Notes: generated by a model from the letters alone, not told the origin. A DNA stretch of 64,000 bases from an uncultured Thermoleophilia bacterium (GCA_963790185.1 CAWBNR010000016.1:1528-65527), one strand, 5' to 3'. Positions 39,975-49,870 are shown, counted from the first letter of the stretch. Numbers and translations: made by a program.

Positions 39975-40996
39975 CGTCGCGCGGCGCGCGGCGCGCGGTG
40001 TGTCAGGGTCGAGTCTCGGCCCCGGACCTGCTGCAGCAGTCGCCAGACATGGACACCAGGGCCGCGCTCGCAGGTCAGCACCGGGCACTCGAGTGCCCGT
40101 GCTCCGAAACGGCGCTTGAACTCCTCGACACCGGGAAGCCCTTTGCTCGGATTGAAGTCGAACCACTCGATGCCGCGCCGGCAGGCGTCCCCGATAGCGG
40201 TGAAGAACAGGAGCGGCATCGGGCTCAGGGGCAGCGCCTCTTCGAGCACCGCGGAGTGCCAGCAGGCCACGTGGTGCGGGGCGTACAGGCAGAGAAGCCC
40301 ACCCACCACTCGACCGTCGAGCTCGGCCACCCAGAGCGTCGACCACTCGCCGGCGCGCCGTTCCATCTCCTCGAAGAGCGCGGCGCCGAGCGCGCCGCCC
40401 GCCCCCCAGCGGCGGACGGAGTCCTCGTAGGCTGCGGCGTACGCGGTCCAGTCCCCGTGCGAGACGGTGGCCCGCACCGTGACACCGTTGCGCTCGGCCT
40501 TGCGCGCCGCCCTGCGGTGCCCGTGCGCACACCCCTCCCATAGCGCCTCGTAGCCACACCCAAGCGAGAGCGCCAAGGTGTCGTCCGGTTCGCACTCCCA
40601 CCCATCGGCGATCTCGGTGGGCCGGGAGTCGTAGGGGTTCATGCGCCACGTGACACACCCCAGGCGCTCCCGAACGTAACCGCACAGCGACTCGATCTGC
40701 GCCTGCCCAAGGGGGTGGCGGCTCAGCCACCCTCCATAGGTCGTCATGGGGCTACCCCACCAGCGGCTCACCAGCCCCCCCAGGACGCGCTGGCGAGTGA
40801 ACGGCAGGATGACCTCGTCACCGTCGGCGAACCGGACCAGGCGGGCGTCCGGCCTCAGTTCCTTCGGCTGGTACGCCGCCCAGGTCTCGGCCCAATCGCG
40901 CGACTGGAAGTAGGTCGCACTCGGACAGGAGCGCCAGGCCGCGTCCCACTCCTCGGCACTGGCAGCACGCACCTCGTCGATCTTCGCCCGCATCAT
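39971..40996 (-). CDS. FemAB-like / Acetyltransf_6 GNAT-fold protein (paralogue 2)
   Basis: The 341-aa ORF is collinear with 33262-34329: YFQSRDWAETWAAY...HGHRRAARKAERNGVTV...LWVAELDGRVVGGLLCLYAPHHVACWHSAV...DACRRGIEWFDFNPSKGLPGVEEFKRRFG. Confidence 0.65.
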   Translation of the reverse strand: MMRAKIDEVRAASAEEWDAAWRSCPSATYFQSRDWAETWAAYQPKELRPDARLVRFADGDEVILPFTRQRVLGGLVSRWWGSPMTTYGGWLSRHPLGQAQIESLCGYVRERLGCVTWRMNPYDSRPTEIADGWECEPDDTLALSLGCGYEALWEGCAHGHRRAARKAERNGVTVRATVSHGDWTAYAAAYEDSVRRWGAGGALGAALFEEMERRAGEWSTLWVAELDGRVVGGLLCLYAPHHVACWHSAVLEEALPLSPMPLLFFTAIGDACRRGIEWFDFNPSKGLPGVEEFKRRFGARALECPVLTCERGPGVHVWRLLQQVRGRDSTLTHRAPRAARR

Positions 40997-41315
40997 CCCC
41001 CTTCGGTGACAGTCTGCCGCGTCCGTAGTCTACCTCGCGGAGATGGCGCCCTCGGTCGGCCGCCGAGAGAGCCGCCTCCCCGTCGGACTTCGAGCTGCGT
41101 GGATCACGCCGAACGTCGTCGCTGCAGGCTACACGTACGCCCCCGGCGCCCTCATGCGGCCGCACTTGGTGCCGATGCCAACAAGCGAACCAAGAGTGGA
41201 GATGCGGAGCGAATCAGGCGCCGCACGGCGCCATCAATCGGCTGACCGGACCGCCTGAATCACAGCCTCGCCGCCGGTCCCCACCGCGTTTCACCCGATG
41301 ACAGGAAGGGTCTCC

Positions 41316-43062
41316 ATGGCCTCACGACGCGTTGCCCGCCTCGGAGCTGTTGCCTCCACTCTCGTCGCTGTGTCGGCGGCACTCCTCACGTCGCTCGTCA
41401 TGCTCGCACCACCTGCACGAGCGGAGGAGCAGGTGGACGAAGACAGCCATGGTGCTGCTCTCGCTGGCCAGCGACACGAGCGCCTCCTCGGCGCTGGCCA
41501 CCCATCTGCCCGACGACGCCATCGACGGATCGGGCATGACGCGCTGGGCGGCGACCTCCAGCGACGAGCAAGAGTGGTGGCAGGCCGATCTCGGCGCGTT
41601 GCACCGCATCGTCGAGGTCAGGACCAGGTGGCTGCACCGGAGCAGGAGACGGAAGCGCATCAGAACGGGCACGGCCAACGTCTACTCGTACGTCATCGAA
41701 GGATCAGTCGACGGGACCGAGTGGCAGCCGCTCGCGGACCGGAACGGTCCCCCCAGCTTTTGCTACACCATCGACGAGCTCGATACCGTCGTGCGGTACG
41801 TTCGCATCGACGTGCTCCGGGCGACGAAGGGCAACCTGGGGATCCGCGAGTGCTCCATCATCGGCGACCCCGCCGTCGCCGAAGTGCCGGCGACGCCGGC
41901 CATCACCGCCCAGTCGAACCGTCTCATCATGACGGCGGACGACGTCGCGACGGTCCGCAGCCTGGTCGCGACACCGGGGACCGCCGAGACGGCCGCGTGG
42001 TCGTACTTCCGCGACGGCAAGGTGGCGGCGGCCATGGCCGCCGCCCCGAACGTGGACCCAGGCCCCACCGTGGCCTTCACGTACACCAAGCTCGACACCG
42101 ACTCGCGGCACGCCCGCAACCTCGCGGTCGCGTACGCGACGAACGGCGCGATCGACTACGCCGAGAAGGCCGCCCAGTTCGTCGTGGCGTGGGCCAAGGG
42201 CAACACGCCCGCTCCCTACTCCTTCACGGGCGACACCCAGGGCGGCTATCACCAGTCGTACGGCGCCTTCAGCTTCGCCTTCGCCTACGACCTGACCCGC
42301 GACGCGGGCGTCTACAGCGAGACCGACCACACCGCGATCAAGGCGTGGTTCCGCACCTGGGCGAGCGTCATGAAGGGCTACCAGGACAACTGGGCCACGG
42401 ATTGGGTCTTCTCGCAGGCGGCCGACGGCGACTGGCGTCCCTACGAGTGGACCGTCAACCCGCTCGGCCTCGAGTACAGCCGCTACGACCAGTACATGGG
42501 CTCGGACGCCACCCTCGCCCCCATGGCCGCCTGGCTCGCCGCCGCCATCGTGAGCGATGACTCCGCCTCGATCACCACCCTCTTCTCGAGCACCTACAAG
42601 CTGAACGTGCCCGAGTGTCTCCACCGCTCGTCGGCGCCGCGCAACGACGGGGACGGCAGGGGTACGGCTCGTGTGCCGGAGGCGCTCATCAAGTCCAAGG
42701 GCTACTACGACAACGCCGAGCGCGGCGGCAACCTCGACTACATGAGCTACAACGCCCGGCTGGCCTCCATGGTCTACGAGATGACGGCCAACCTCGGGCG
42801 CGCGACCTCGACGATGCGCAGCGAGCTCAACGCCTCCTGGTCGTACCTGTCGAAGTTCGCCGGCCCGAACTACGAGGCGCCGGTCGCACCCAACGACCTC
42901 ATGCACTGGGATCTTTTCCTCTCCCGCATGCAGATCGGTCTCCACATCTACAACGACGCCGCGCTCCTCGCGGACGTCTCGGGCGGCCAGTACCCCCGCT
43001 CGCAGTTCTACGAGTCCCAGTTCCTCGGGCCGACGACGCTGACGCAGCCGACCGCCCTGTAG
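41316..43062 (+). CDS. secreted F5/8-type-C (discoidin) + alginate-lyase/heparinase-like domain protein; one frameshift near 41445
   Basis: The signal peptide MASRRVARLGAVASTLVAVSAALLTSLVMLAPPARA is in the frame of ORF 41298, and the body is in ORF 41332-43062. Motifs: DDAIDGSGMTRWAATSSDEQEWWQADLG...VRYVRID (discoidin) and RHARNLAVAYATNGAIDYAEKAAQFVVAWA (alginate_lyase-type). Confidence 0.65.
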
Positions 43063-43166
43063 GACCCGCCGCGCGTCGGCACACGCACCCGGCGCGCGGC
43101 GGCTGAATGACCGCGAGGCCGGTCGCCCGATGGTAGGGCGACCGGCCTCGCGGTAACACTGCTTCC

Positions 43167-44480
43167 ATGTACGTCCATCTACACCGCCGCGGCCGGCGGC
43201 TCTGGCTGCTCGTCATCGGCGCCGCCGGCCTCCTCCTGCTCTCCCCAGCCGGCTGCGGCGACGGTGACGCGACGCACGCGCCGACCGCAGCATCCGAGAT
43301 GCCCTCGCCGTCCCCTTCGACTTCGGCGCTCGCCGGCGCCTGGCAGCCCCGCATCGTTCTCACCCCCGGCGAGATCGACGCGATCCGCGCCCGACTCGAG
43401 CAGGGCGACGAACCTTGGGCATCCGCTTGGCGGCACTTCCGCGACGACTACGTCGCACGCGCCCTCAGCGACCCCGCTCCCGTCGAGCCGGGCCCGTACA
43501 GAGGCCGCGGCGAGATCCACGACGCGTTCCGCGCCCTCGACACCGCGAGCCGTCACGCACGCGACCTGGCGATCGCGTACGCCGTCAGCGGCGGCGAGGA
43601 CTACGGGAGGCGCGCACGCGACATCCTCGTCGAGTGGGCCGCGGAGGCGGAACCGACCAGGCCGCGGCACTGCCGGAGCCTCGACACCGGCCAACTGCAG
43701 AGCTGGGGCGCTTTCTCATTCGCCTACGCCTACGACCTGACGCGCGGCGGCGGACTGTATTCGGCGGCGGACGAGAGGCTCATCGACGACTACTTCGCGC
43801 GCTTCATCGTCGCGCTGCGCGAGGCGCTGGAGGAACTCGCGCACGACCCGTCCGTGGGCACCGACTGGCGCCGGCCCTACGAGTGGAGCGAGACACTCAC
43901 CTACCGCTTCGAAGACCGCGTGATCGGGGGCACCTTCAGCCTCGCCATCCAGAACGCCCTCGTCGCGCTCGCCATCGAGACCGGTGACGATGTGACGCTC
44001 GACGCGGTCCTCGCGGACCCCGCGAACCTCCTGCGCGCGGATCGCGCGATCCGTCACGCGCTGCGCCCCGACAACGATGGTGACGGCAGGAGCGCCGGCC
44101 CGGCGCCTCAGGTGGCGATCCTCAAGACCTACCGGCCAGAGAGGGGCGGCACTGTCGACTACATGACCTACAACGCGCGTCTCGCCACGCTGCTCTGTGA
44201 GGCCACGGAGAGCGTGGCTCCCGAGCTCGGCAGGTCGTCTCGGGCCATGCTCAGGACTTCCTGGCTGTATCTCGCCCGCTTCTTCGGCGACGACGCGCGC
44301 CCCTCGCCCAACCCCGCCGATCACGTCGACCTGCGCGCGTGCCTGCCGCGCTTCGTCCCGGCCGCGCAGGCGGTGCGGGACCCCCGACTCACCAAGGTGG
44401 TGATGTGGGGCGACGAAGCAGGCTACTACGAACCGCAGTTCCTCGGGCCGGTGACGCTGACGCACATGCCGGCGGAGTGA
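43167..44480 (+). CDS. alginate-lyase/heparinase-like lipoprotein (paralogue of the C-terminal domain of 41316-43062)
   Basis: The lipobox is LLLLSPAGC. RHARDLAIAYAVSGGEDYGRRARDILVEWA...WGAFSFAYAYDLTR is collinear with the previous gene. Confidence 0.65.
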   Translation: MYVHLHRRGRRLWLLVIGAAGLLLLSPAGCGDGDATHAPTAASEMPSPSPSTSALAGAWQPRIVLTPGEIDAIRARLEQGDEPWASAWRHFRDDYVARALSDPAPVEPGPYRGRGEIHDAFRALDTASRHARDLAIAYAVSGGEDYGRRARDILVEWAAEAEPTRPRHCRSLDTGQLQSWGAFSFAYAYDLTRGGGLYSAADERLIDDYFARFIVALREALEELAHDPSVGTDWRRPYEWSETLTYRFEDRVIGGTFSLAIQNALVALAIETGDDVTLDAVLADPANLLRADRAIRHALRPDNDGDGRSAGPAPQVAILKTYRPERGGTVDYMTYNARLATLLCEATESVAPELGRSSRAMLRTSWLYLARFFGDDARPSPNPADHVDLRACLPRFVPAAQAVRDPRLTKVVMWGDEAGYYEPQFLGPVTLTHMPAE

Positions 44481-44495
44481 GGCGGGACGGCGGCG

Positions 44496-45914
44496 TCAGT
44501 CCTCTTCGGCGCGCAGCAGCAGGGCTCTCGAGACCTCGGCGAGACCGATGACCGTCGCGGCCACCGCGATGCTCAGCTTGCTGTTGAGCCGGGGCGACGT
44601 GATCGAGACGACGAGCAGGGCCACGAGCATCGTTCTGGAGCCGAACACCACACCCACGAGCCAGGGGTCGCCACGCTTCAGTCGTTCTCGGTCGCGCATC
44701 CACGGCAGCAGCGCCGCGACGGCGTACCACCCGAAGAGGAGCAGGCCGACGAACCCCAGACGGTGCACGAACCAGTAGTAGTTGTTGTGGATGTAGCTCT
44801 TGCGGTACGGCGCGACGCCGTAGCGGGACCAGTCGAACAGGTAGTCCTTGCCCAGGCCGTTGCCGACCAGCGGGTGCTGCGCGATCTGGGCGCCGACGGT
44901 CTGGTTCTCGATGAGGCGGTACTGCACGTTACGGTCCTGGACGGCCGTGATCGCCAGCGCCCGCGTGATCACGGAGCTGAAGAGGGCTGGTCGCGCGATG
45001 GCGAGACCCAGGCCGAGCACGACCGCGACGACGAGACCGCCCGCGACCAAGCGGAACCGCTCGCGAGCGCGCAGGACGACGAGCAGGTACACGAGGCTGA
45101 CGGCCAAAGCGACGTAGTTGCCGCGCACCAGCGACACCACGAGACCCAGCAGGGCGAGGAGCAGAAGGAGCCAGAGCCACGCGGGGCGGCGGCGCGCCGC
45201 GGGCCAGACCACGACGACGGTCGCCAGCAGGGCGGATGAGATCAGGAAGACCTCGTCCGGAGCCGGGAACCTGCTCACCCCGGGCTCGACGAACTCGAGC
45301 GCCATGCCCTGCCCCATGGCCGCGTAGGCCAGACCCTCGAAGAAGACCGCGACCAGGCAGGCGGCCAGCACCCTCATGACCGTCAGCACCTGGCCACGGC
45401 TGCGCACGAACATCACGACGAAGAAGAACAGCGAATAGTAGGCGAGTCCGCGCGCGTCCTGCAGGACCAGCTTCGGCTCGTTGCCACGGAGCACACCCAC
45501 GATCCCGGCGACGACGACCCAGAGGAGGAAGAGCAGAAGCGGCAGGTTCACCGGCGAGCGGACGATCGGCAGGCTGCCTGACGCCAGCACAGCGGCGAGC
45601 ATGCTCGCCAAGAGGAGAGCGAGGAGCAGGTCCACCATGAAGATCCCGCCGCCGCCGACAGGGACCCGCCAGGCGAGAGCCAAGTCGCCCGGCAAGACCA
45701 CGGTGACGACCAGGAGCAGGAGACCTATCGCCACCGTGCCACGCTCGGTCCCGATCGACAGCGTCACCAGGGCGAGCGCCCCGACGGCCACGGCCAGGAC
45801 CGCACCAAGGAGCGGCGAGCGCAAGGCGACGACGAGGATCAGGCCCTCGGCGGCGAGAACGGAGGCGAAGAACCACGGCGCGGAGCCCCTGGGATCGGCC
45901 AGCGCCTCTCTCAC
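44496..45914 (-). CDS. O-antigen polymerase/ligase-like (Wzy-type) multi-pass membrane protein
   Basis: This is the 3' 473 codons of ORF 44496-46430. The GTG overlaps the stop of the upstream GT2 gene (GTGA). There are about 11-12 hydrophobic helices with a larger loop near the C-terminal third. Confidence 0.55.
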   Translation of the reverse strand: MREALADPRGSAPWFFASVLAAEGLILVVALRSPLLGAVLAVAVGALALVTLSIGTERGTVAIGLLLLVVTVVLPGDLALAWRVPVGGGGIFMVDLLLALLLASMLAAVLASGSLPIVRSPVNLPLLLFLLWVVVAGIVGVLRGNEPKLVLQDARGLAYYSLFFFVVMFVRSRGQVLTVMRVLAACLVAVFFEGLAYAAMGQGMALEFVEPGVSRFPAPDEVFLISSALLATVVVVWPAARRRPAWLWLLLLLALLGLVVSLVRGNYVALAVSLVYLLVVLRARERFRLVAGGLVVAVVLGLGLAIARPALFSSVITRALAITAVQDRNVQYRLIENQTVGAQIAQHPLVGNGLGKDYLFDWSRYGVAPYRKSYIHNNYYWFVHRLGFVGLLLFGWYAVAALLPWMRDRERLKRGDPWLVGVVFGSRTMLVALLVVSITSPRLNSKLSIAVAATVIGLAEVSRALLLRAEED

Positions 45915-46789
45915 GTCGGCCCGCCCGACATCGGCGAGGGGGCCGGGCCTCTGCGCCCGGCCAGCCCGTCGCGCAGGCCACGCGCGCAGGCCGACAGGCG
46001 CCGGCGGGCCGCCGGCCACGAGCGACTCTTGACCACTTGGCGGCAACCCCAGCGGACGGCGGCGAGCGCGGGGAGCACGAGGCCTCCGCACGGCCGCGCG
46101 ACGAGCAGCCGGTTGCGCGTCATGTAGTAGATCGCCGCATCGGAAAAGACGCGGCGACCGCCCTCGCGCAGAACGTCGTGGACGACCTCGGCGGCCGGCA
46201 CGACCAGCAGGCGCCACTCCCGGGCCTTGGCGCGGAGACTCCAGTCCACGTCCTCGTAGTACATGAAGAGGCCGATGTCCAACGGCGTCAGGTCTCGGAG
46301 TGCGGCCGCTCTGAGCAGGGCAGCGCAACCGGTGACGAAGCCGGTCTCGTAGGGACGCCGGCTGCACGGCGCATGCAAATGGCGCACGTCGAGCGTGCGC
46401 GACGACACCGTCCCTCCCGCGTACCAGCATTCTTCACCGGAGCGATAGCGCACCAGCGGGCTGAGGATCCCCGCCTCCGGGGCGGCGGCGGCCTCGAGCA
46501 GTCGCTCGAGGCAGTCCGCCGCCGGCCGCGCGTCGTTGTTGAGCAGCCACACCCAGTCGGCGCCGCCGGCGAGCGCCGCCTCGCATCCGCGTGCGACGGC
46601 CGCGCCGAACCCGGTGTTGAGACCGGGCCGCAGCACCAGCACGCACTCGTCCGCCTCGAGCGGGAGACCGCCGTCGTTGTCGACGAGGACGATGCGGGCC
46701 GGCGGCACCGTCGCCGACCGCAGATCCCCCACGAGCTCGACCGTGGGCTCAGGCCGACCGTAGTGCGCGATCACGACCCAGACGTTCAT
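45911..46789 (-). CDS. GT2-family glycosyltransferase (rhamnosyltransferase-like)
   Basis: The ATG at 46789 gives MNVWVVIAHYGRPEPTVELVGDLR...IVLVDNDGG...WVWLLNNDA... This is the GT-A fold signature with a DxD-like motif. Confidence 0.75.
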   Translation of the reverse strand: MNVWVVIAHYGRPEPTVELVGDLRSATVPPARIVLVDNDGGLPLEADECVLVLRPGLNTGFGAAVARGCEAALAGGADWVWLLNNDARPAADCLERLLEAAAAPEAGILSPLVRYRSGEECWYAGGTVSSRTLDVRHLHAPCSRRPYETGFVTGCAALLRAAALRDLTPLDIGLFMYYEDVDWSLRAKAREWRLLVVPAAEVVHDVLREGGRRVFSDAAIYYMTRNRLLVARPCGGLVLPALAAVRWGCRQVVKSRSWPAARRRLSACARGLRDGLAGRRGPAPSPMSGGPT

Positions 46790-47946
46790 GACCGTCTGCC
46801 GGACCCCTCGCCGAGGGCTTCGGCGAGCACGGCCAGCACCCGGTCGGCGCGCGCCGTCCACGTGTGGCCCGCGACCGCCCGTCGCCGCGCCTCGCGCCGG
46901 TCCGGTCCGTCGCCCGCGATCTCCTCGCGAAGCGCGGCCGCGAAGCCGGCAGCCCCTTGTGCGCTGCGGACCTGTCCCTCCAGAGCCGGGTTCGGCGACG
47001 CGACGGTCGAGACGACGGGGCGGCCCGCCGCCAGGTACTCATACAGCTTGAGCGGGTCCATGCTCGCGGTGAGGGCGTCGCGCACGTGGGGCACCATGCA
47101 CGCGTCGCAGGCGGCGATCATCGCCGGCAGGGCGTCGTGGCGGACGGGTCCCAGGAGCCGCACGTTCCGGGGGAGCGCCTCGAGCGCACTCTCGAAGCCG
47201 CGGCCGACCCGGCCGATGAGCGCGAAGGTCACGCCCGTCAGTTCGCGGGCGACTGCGGCGAGAAGGGGGACGTCGAGCCGGCCCTGGATCATCCCCGCGT
47301 AGCCCACCAGCGGCCGCGGCAGTGCGGCGAGCTCCGCGGCGGGCTCGGCGGCAGCCCAGAGCGCCGGGTCGACGGCGTTCGCGAGCCACTCCGCGTGGCC
47401 GCGTGGCGCGATCCACGTGAGCAGGGACGGATGCACCGCGAACACCACGTCGGCGTGGAGACCGGCGAGCCTGTACCCCTCCGCCACGGACGCGCGGCCC
47501 GCCCAGGCATGCGCCCGCCAGTCGTCGATCGCGTCGAAGACGAGAAGGTCGCGCGGCAGGGCGAGACCGACGCCGACGAGACGGGGGTCGGCCACCCAGA
47601 CGATGGTGGGTCCTCCCCACCCGGCGAGGGCGTCGCGCAGCCGTCGCGCGAGCGCGCGACGCGCCAGCTGTTCGTTCACGCGCCGGCCCGGGCGCACCCT
47701 CGCAGGCAGCGGCAGCGGCGCTCCGTAGCGCACGGCCCGGAGGCCGTCGGCCACCGGGCTCACCGCCTCCCGGCGTCGAGCCGCCGGACGGTGCGAGCGT
47801 GAGCCGAAGCGCGGCGTGTCGACGACGGCCACGCCCTCCACCTCGGGCCGCCTGCTCAGCTCGCGCACGAGCGCCGCGTTGCGCGTCGAGAAGCCCTGCC
47901 GCTCCCAGACCCACCAGTCATTGTGTCCGAGCACGATCAGTCGCAC
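46786..47946 (-). CDS. GT-B fold glycosyltransferase (GT4-like)
   Basis: The 386-aa ORF reads MRLIVLGHNDWWVW... The C-terminal part is MDPLKLYEYLAAGRPVVST. Confidence 0.65.
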   Translation of the reverse strand: MRLIVLGHNDWWVWERQGFSTRNAALVRELSRRPEVEGVAVVDTPRFGSRSHRPAARRREAVSPVADGLRAVRYGAPLPLPARVRPGRRVNEQLARRALARRLRDALAGWGGPTIVWVADPRLVGVGLALPRDLLVFDAIDDWRAHAWAGRASVAEGYRLAGLHADVVFAVHPSLLTWIAPRGHAEWLANAVDPALWAAAEPAAELAALPRPLVGYAGMIQGRLDVPLLAAVARELTGVTFALIGRVGRGFESALEALPRNVRLLGPVRHDALPAMIAACDACMVPHVRDALTASMDPLKLYEYLAAGRPVVSTVASPNPALEGQVRSAQGAAGFAAALREEIAGDGPDRREARRRAVAGHTWTARADRVLAVLAEALGEGSGRRS

Positions 47947-47947
47947 G

Positions 47948-49870
47948 TCATCCGTCCCCCGTCGCCGGGCGCTCTCCGTCCTCGAAGTAGCGTTGCCACA
48001 GCTCGATCGTCATCAGCAGACCCAGCGCGTTCGCGTGAGCGGCGCCCGCCATATGCTCGCGAACGAGCGCCTCGGTCGCGGCAGGCTCGAGCACGCCGTG
48101 CTCTGCGACACGTGGCGAGAGCAGCACGTCTTCGACGAAAGCTCGAGAAGGACCTCGCAGCCAATCGTCTCTGGCGTCCACATGAGTGTAGGCGACGTGC
48201 TGCACGCGTGCCCGCGCGGCGCGTGCCAGGGACACGAGACGTCTGCCCCCCGCCGCACCCCGCGTCGCTGCCGTCGCGTCGCCGCCGGCCGCAGGCGTCC
48301 GTAGTCGCCGCCGCGTGGCGGCCCCGACGACGCGGAGCCCGGTCACCACGTGGACGCTGGCCGGCAGGGGAAGATGCGTCAGCGACCACGGCACGCGGGC
48401 GACGGCCCGGTCGAGGCGCGCCACGAGCCGCAGACGCGCGCGGTCGTCGATCCGCTCCTCCGGCGCCCCGTCGAGCATCGCCTCGACCCAGCGCCGGGTC
48501 AGCAGGGGAGCCCGCGCGCGGACCCATGAGTCGGCGATCACGAGGCCCGCCTGACCCATGCGCTCCCGCTCCAGCACGTACATCAGGTCCTGGCGATCGA
48601 CGGCCGGCAGACCGCGGGTGGCACGAAGCGCCTTGAGGCGATTCGCGTTGCCGCACCGGGACAGCTCTCCCCCGTCGGCGAACAACTCCATGATGCGCTC
48701 GTCCGGCAGCCCGCTCCGCCACTGGCGCGAGGGCCATGCCCGCTCGAACTCCTCGTCGCTCGCGTGGTTCCACGCCCAGTTCGGGATCAGCATGTCCGAG
48801 CGGAAGAAATGGCGTCCCGCCGCGGCCCCCGCCCCGCTGACGAAGAAGCGGGCGGGCAGCAGGCGGGGCATCAGACTCCCGGTGATGTTGCCCACAGGAC
48901 TGAGCCGCCCCTCGAGAGTCCAGACGGTCTCGCCGCCGAAGCGCGCGACGTACGCGGGCTCGAGCGGCGACGTGCGGTGCGGCAGGCCGCGAGCCAGGGC
49001 GACGCGCGCAGCGAGACTCACGTCGTCATCCGCGGGATCGCCGAACGTCACGGCGATCACGCCAACTCCGACAGGAGCAAGGGCGGCGAAGAGACGTGAG
49101 TCGAGCCCGCCGGTCAGGGGCAGCGTGACACCCTCGTCGCCGTACGCCAGAGCGGCAAGCTCGGCGGCGGCATCGGCCAGTCGCTCCACGTAGGCCTCGC
49201 CGCGCAGCCGGCCTCGAGGCGACGCCGCGACGTCCCAGTGACGGACGGTGTGAAGACCGCCGTCGTCGACCTCGAAGTGGCTGCCGTGGGGGAGCCCGAG
49301 CACATCGGCGAACAACGGACGCCCGCTCACGGTGTGCCCGAGGACGAGCAGCTCACCCAGCGCCTCGCGGTCGAGCCGCGCCACGAAGCGGGGATGCCGC
49401 CTGAACGCCTTCGCCTCGCTCGCGAAGAGCACGTCGGCGCCCAGCCGTATCGCGTGCAGCGGCTGGACGCAGCAAGGGTCAGATGAGGCCACGGTCCGCC
49501 TCGCGACCGCATCCCGGAGGACGAACGCGAACGCTCCTTCGAACCGCGACAGCGCCTCGGCGCCCCACGCCGCATAGCCCGCCGCGACCACTCGAGCGGC
49601 GCTCGCGGTCTCGGGAAGCGCCAATTCGCGCTTGAGGACGCGCGCGTTGAGCAGGTCTCCGCTGAACGCGACCACGGCGCCCGGCGACCCGTCGCCGCCT
49701 CCCTCGTGGACGCACACCGCGTCAGGCCACCCGACCACGCCGAGCCATCCCTCCGCGGTCTCGATCGTCTGCGTCACGTAGCCGTCGATGGAAACCAGGT
49801 CGCCGAGCGCGACAGGACCCAGGGCTCGCGCGGCAGGGTCGGGCGAGAAGACGGCGACGAGACCGCTCAC
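47948..49870 (-). CDS. asparagine-synthetase-B-family protein lacking the N-terminal Cys nucleophile ((M)SGLVAVF)
   Basis: GTG 49870 (GTGA overlap with the upstream stop) gives VSGLVAVFSP... The PP-loop is LPLTGGLDSRLF. FSGDLLN stands in place of NGEIYN. Confidence 0.75.
   Translation of the reverse strand: MSGLVAVFSPDPAARALGPVALGDLVSIDGYVTQTIETAEGWLGVVGWPDAVCVHEGGGDGSPGAVVAFSGDLLNARVLKRELALPETASAARVVAAGYAAWGAEALSRFEGAFAFVLRDAVARRTVASSDPCCVQPLHAIRLGADVLFASEAKAFRRHPRFVARLDREALGELLVLGHTVSGRPLFADVLGLPHGSHFEVDDGGLHTVRHWDVAASPRGRLRGEAYVERLADAAAELAALAYGDEGVTLPLTGGLDSRLFAALAPVGVGVIAVTFGDPADDDVSLAARVALARGLPHRTSPLEPAYVARFGGETVWTLEGRLSPVGNITGSLMPRLLPARFFVSGAGAAAGRHFFRSDMLIPNWAWNHASDEEFERAWPSRQWRSGLPDERIMELFADGGELSRCGNANRLKALRATRGLPAVDRQDLMYVLERERMGQAGLVIADSWVRARAPLLTRRWVEAMLDGAPEERIDDRARLRLVARLDRAVARVPWSLTHLPLPASVHVVTGLRVVGAATRRRLRTPAAGGDATAATRGAAGGRRLVSLARAARARVQHVAYTHVDARDDWLRGPSRAFVEDVLLSPRVAEHGVLEPAATEALVREHMAGAAHANALGLLMTIELWQRYFEDGERPATGDG

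Noticed and set aside
37911-40430. Very long plus-strand ORF (839 aa). Similar cases are 34052-35683 (543 aa), 35524-36861 (445 aa), 50549-52246 (565 aa) and 29120-30706 (528 aa).
   Set aside because: These ORFs are antisense or out of frame relative to genes with clear family motifs (Wzx, AsnB-like, GT4, DegT, HAD/GtrA). Their products are monotonous Arg/Pro/Ala/Gly/Asp-rich strings with no recognisable motifs. That is the expected artefact of stop-codon-poor high-GC DNA.
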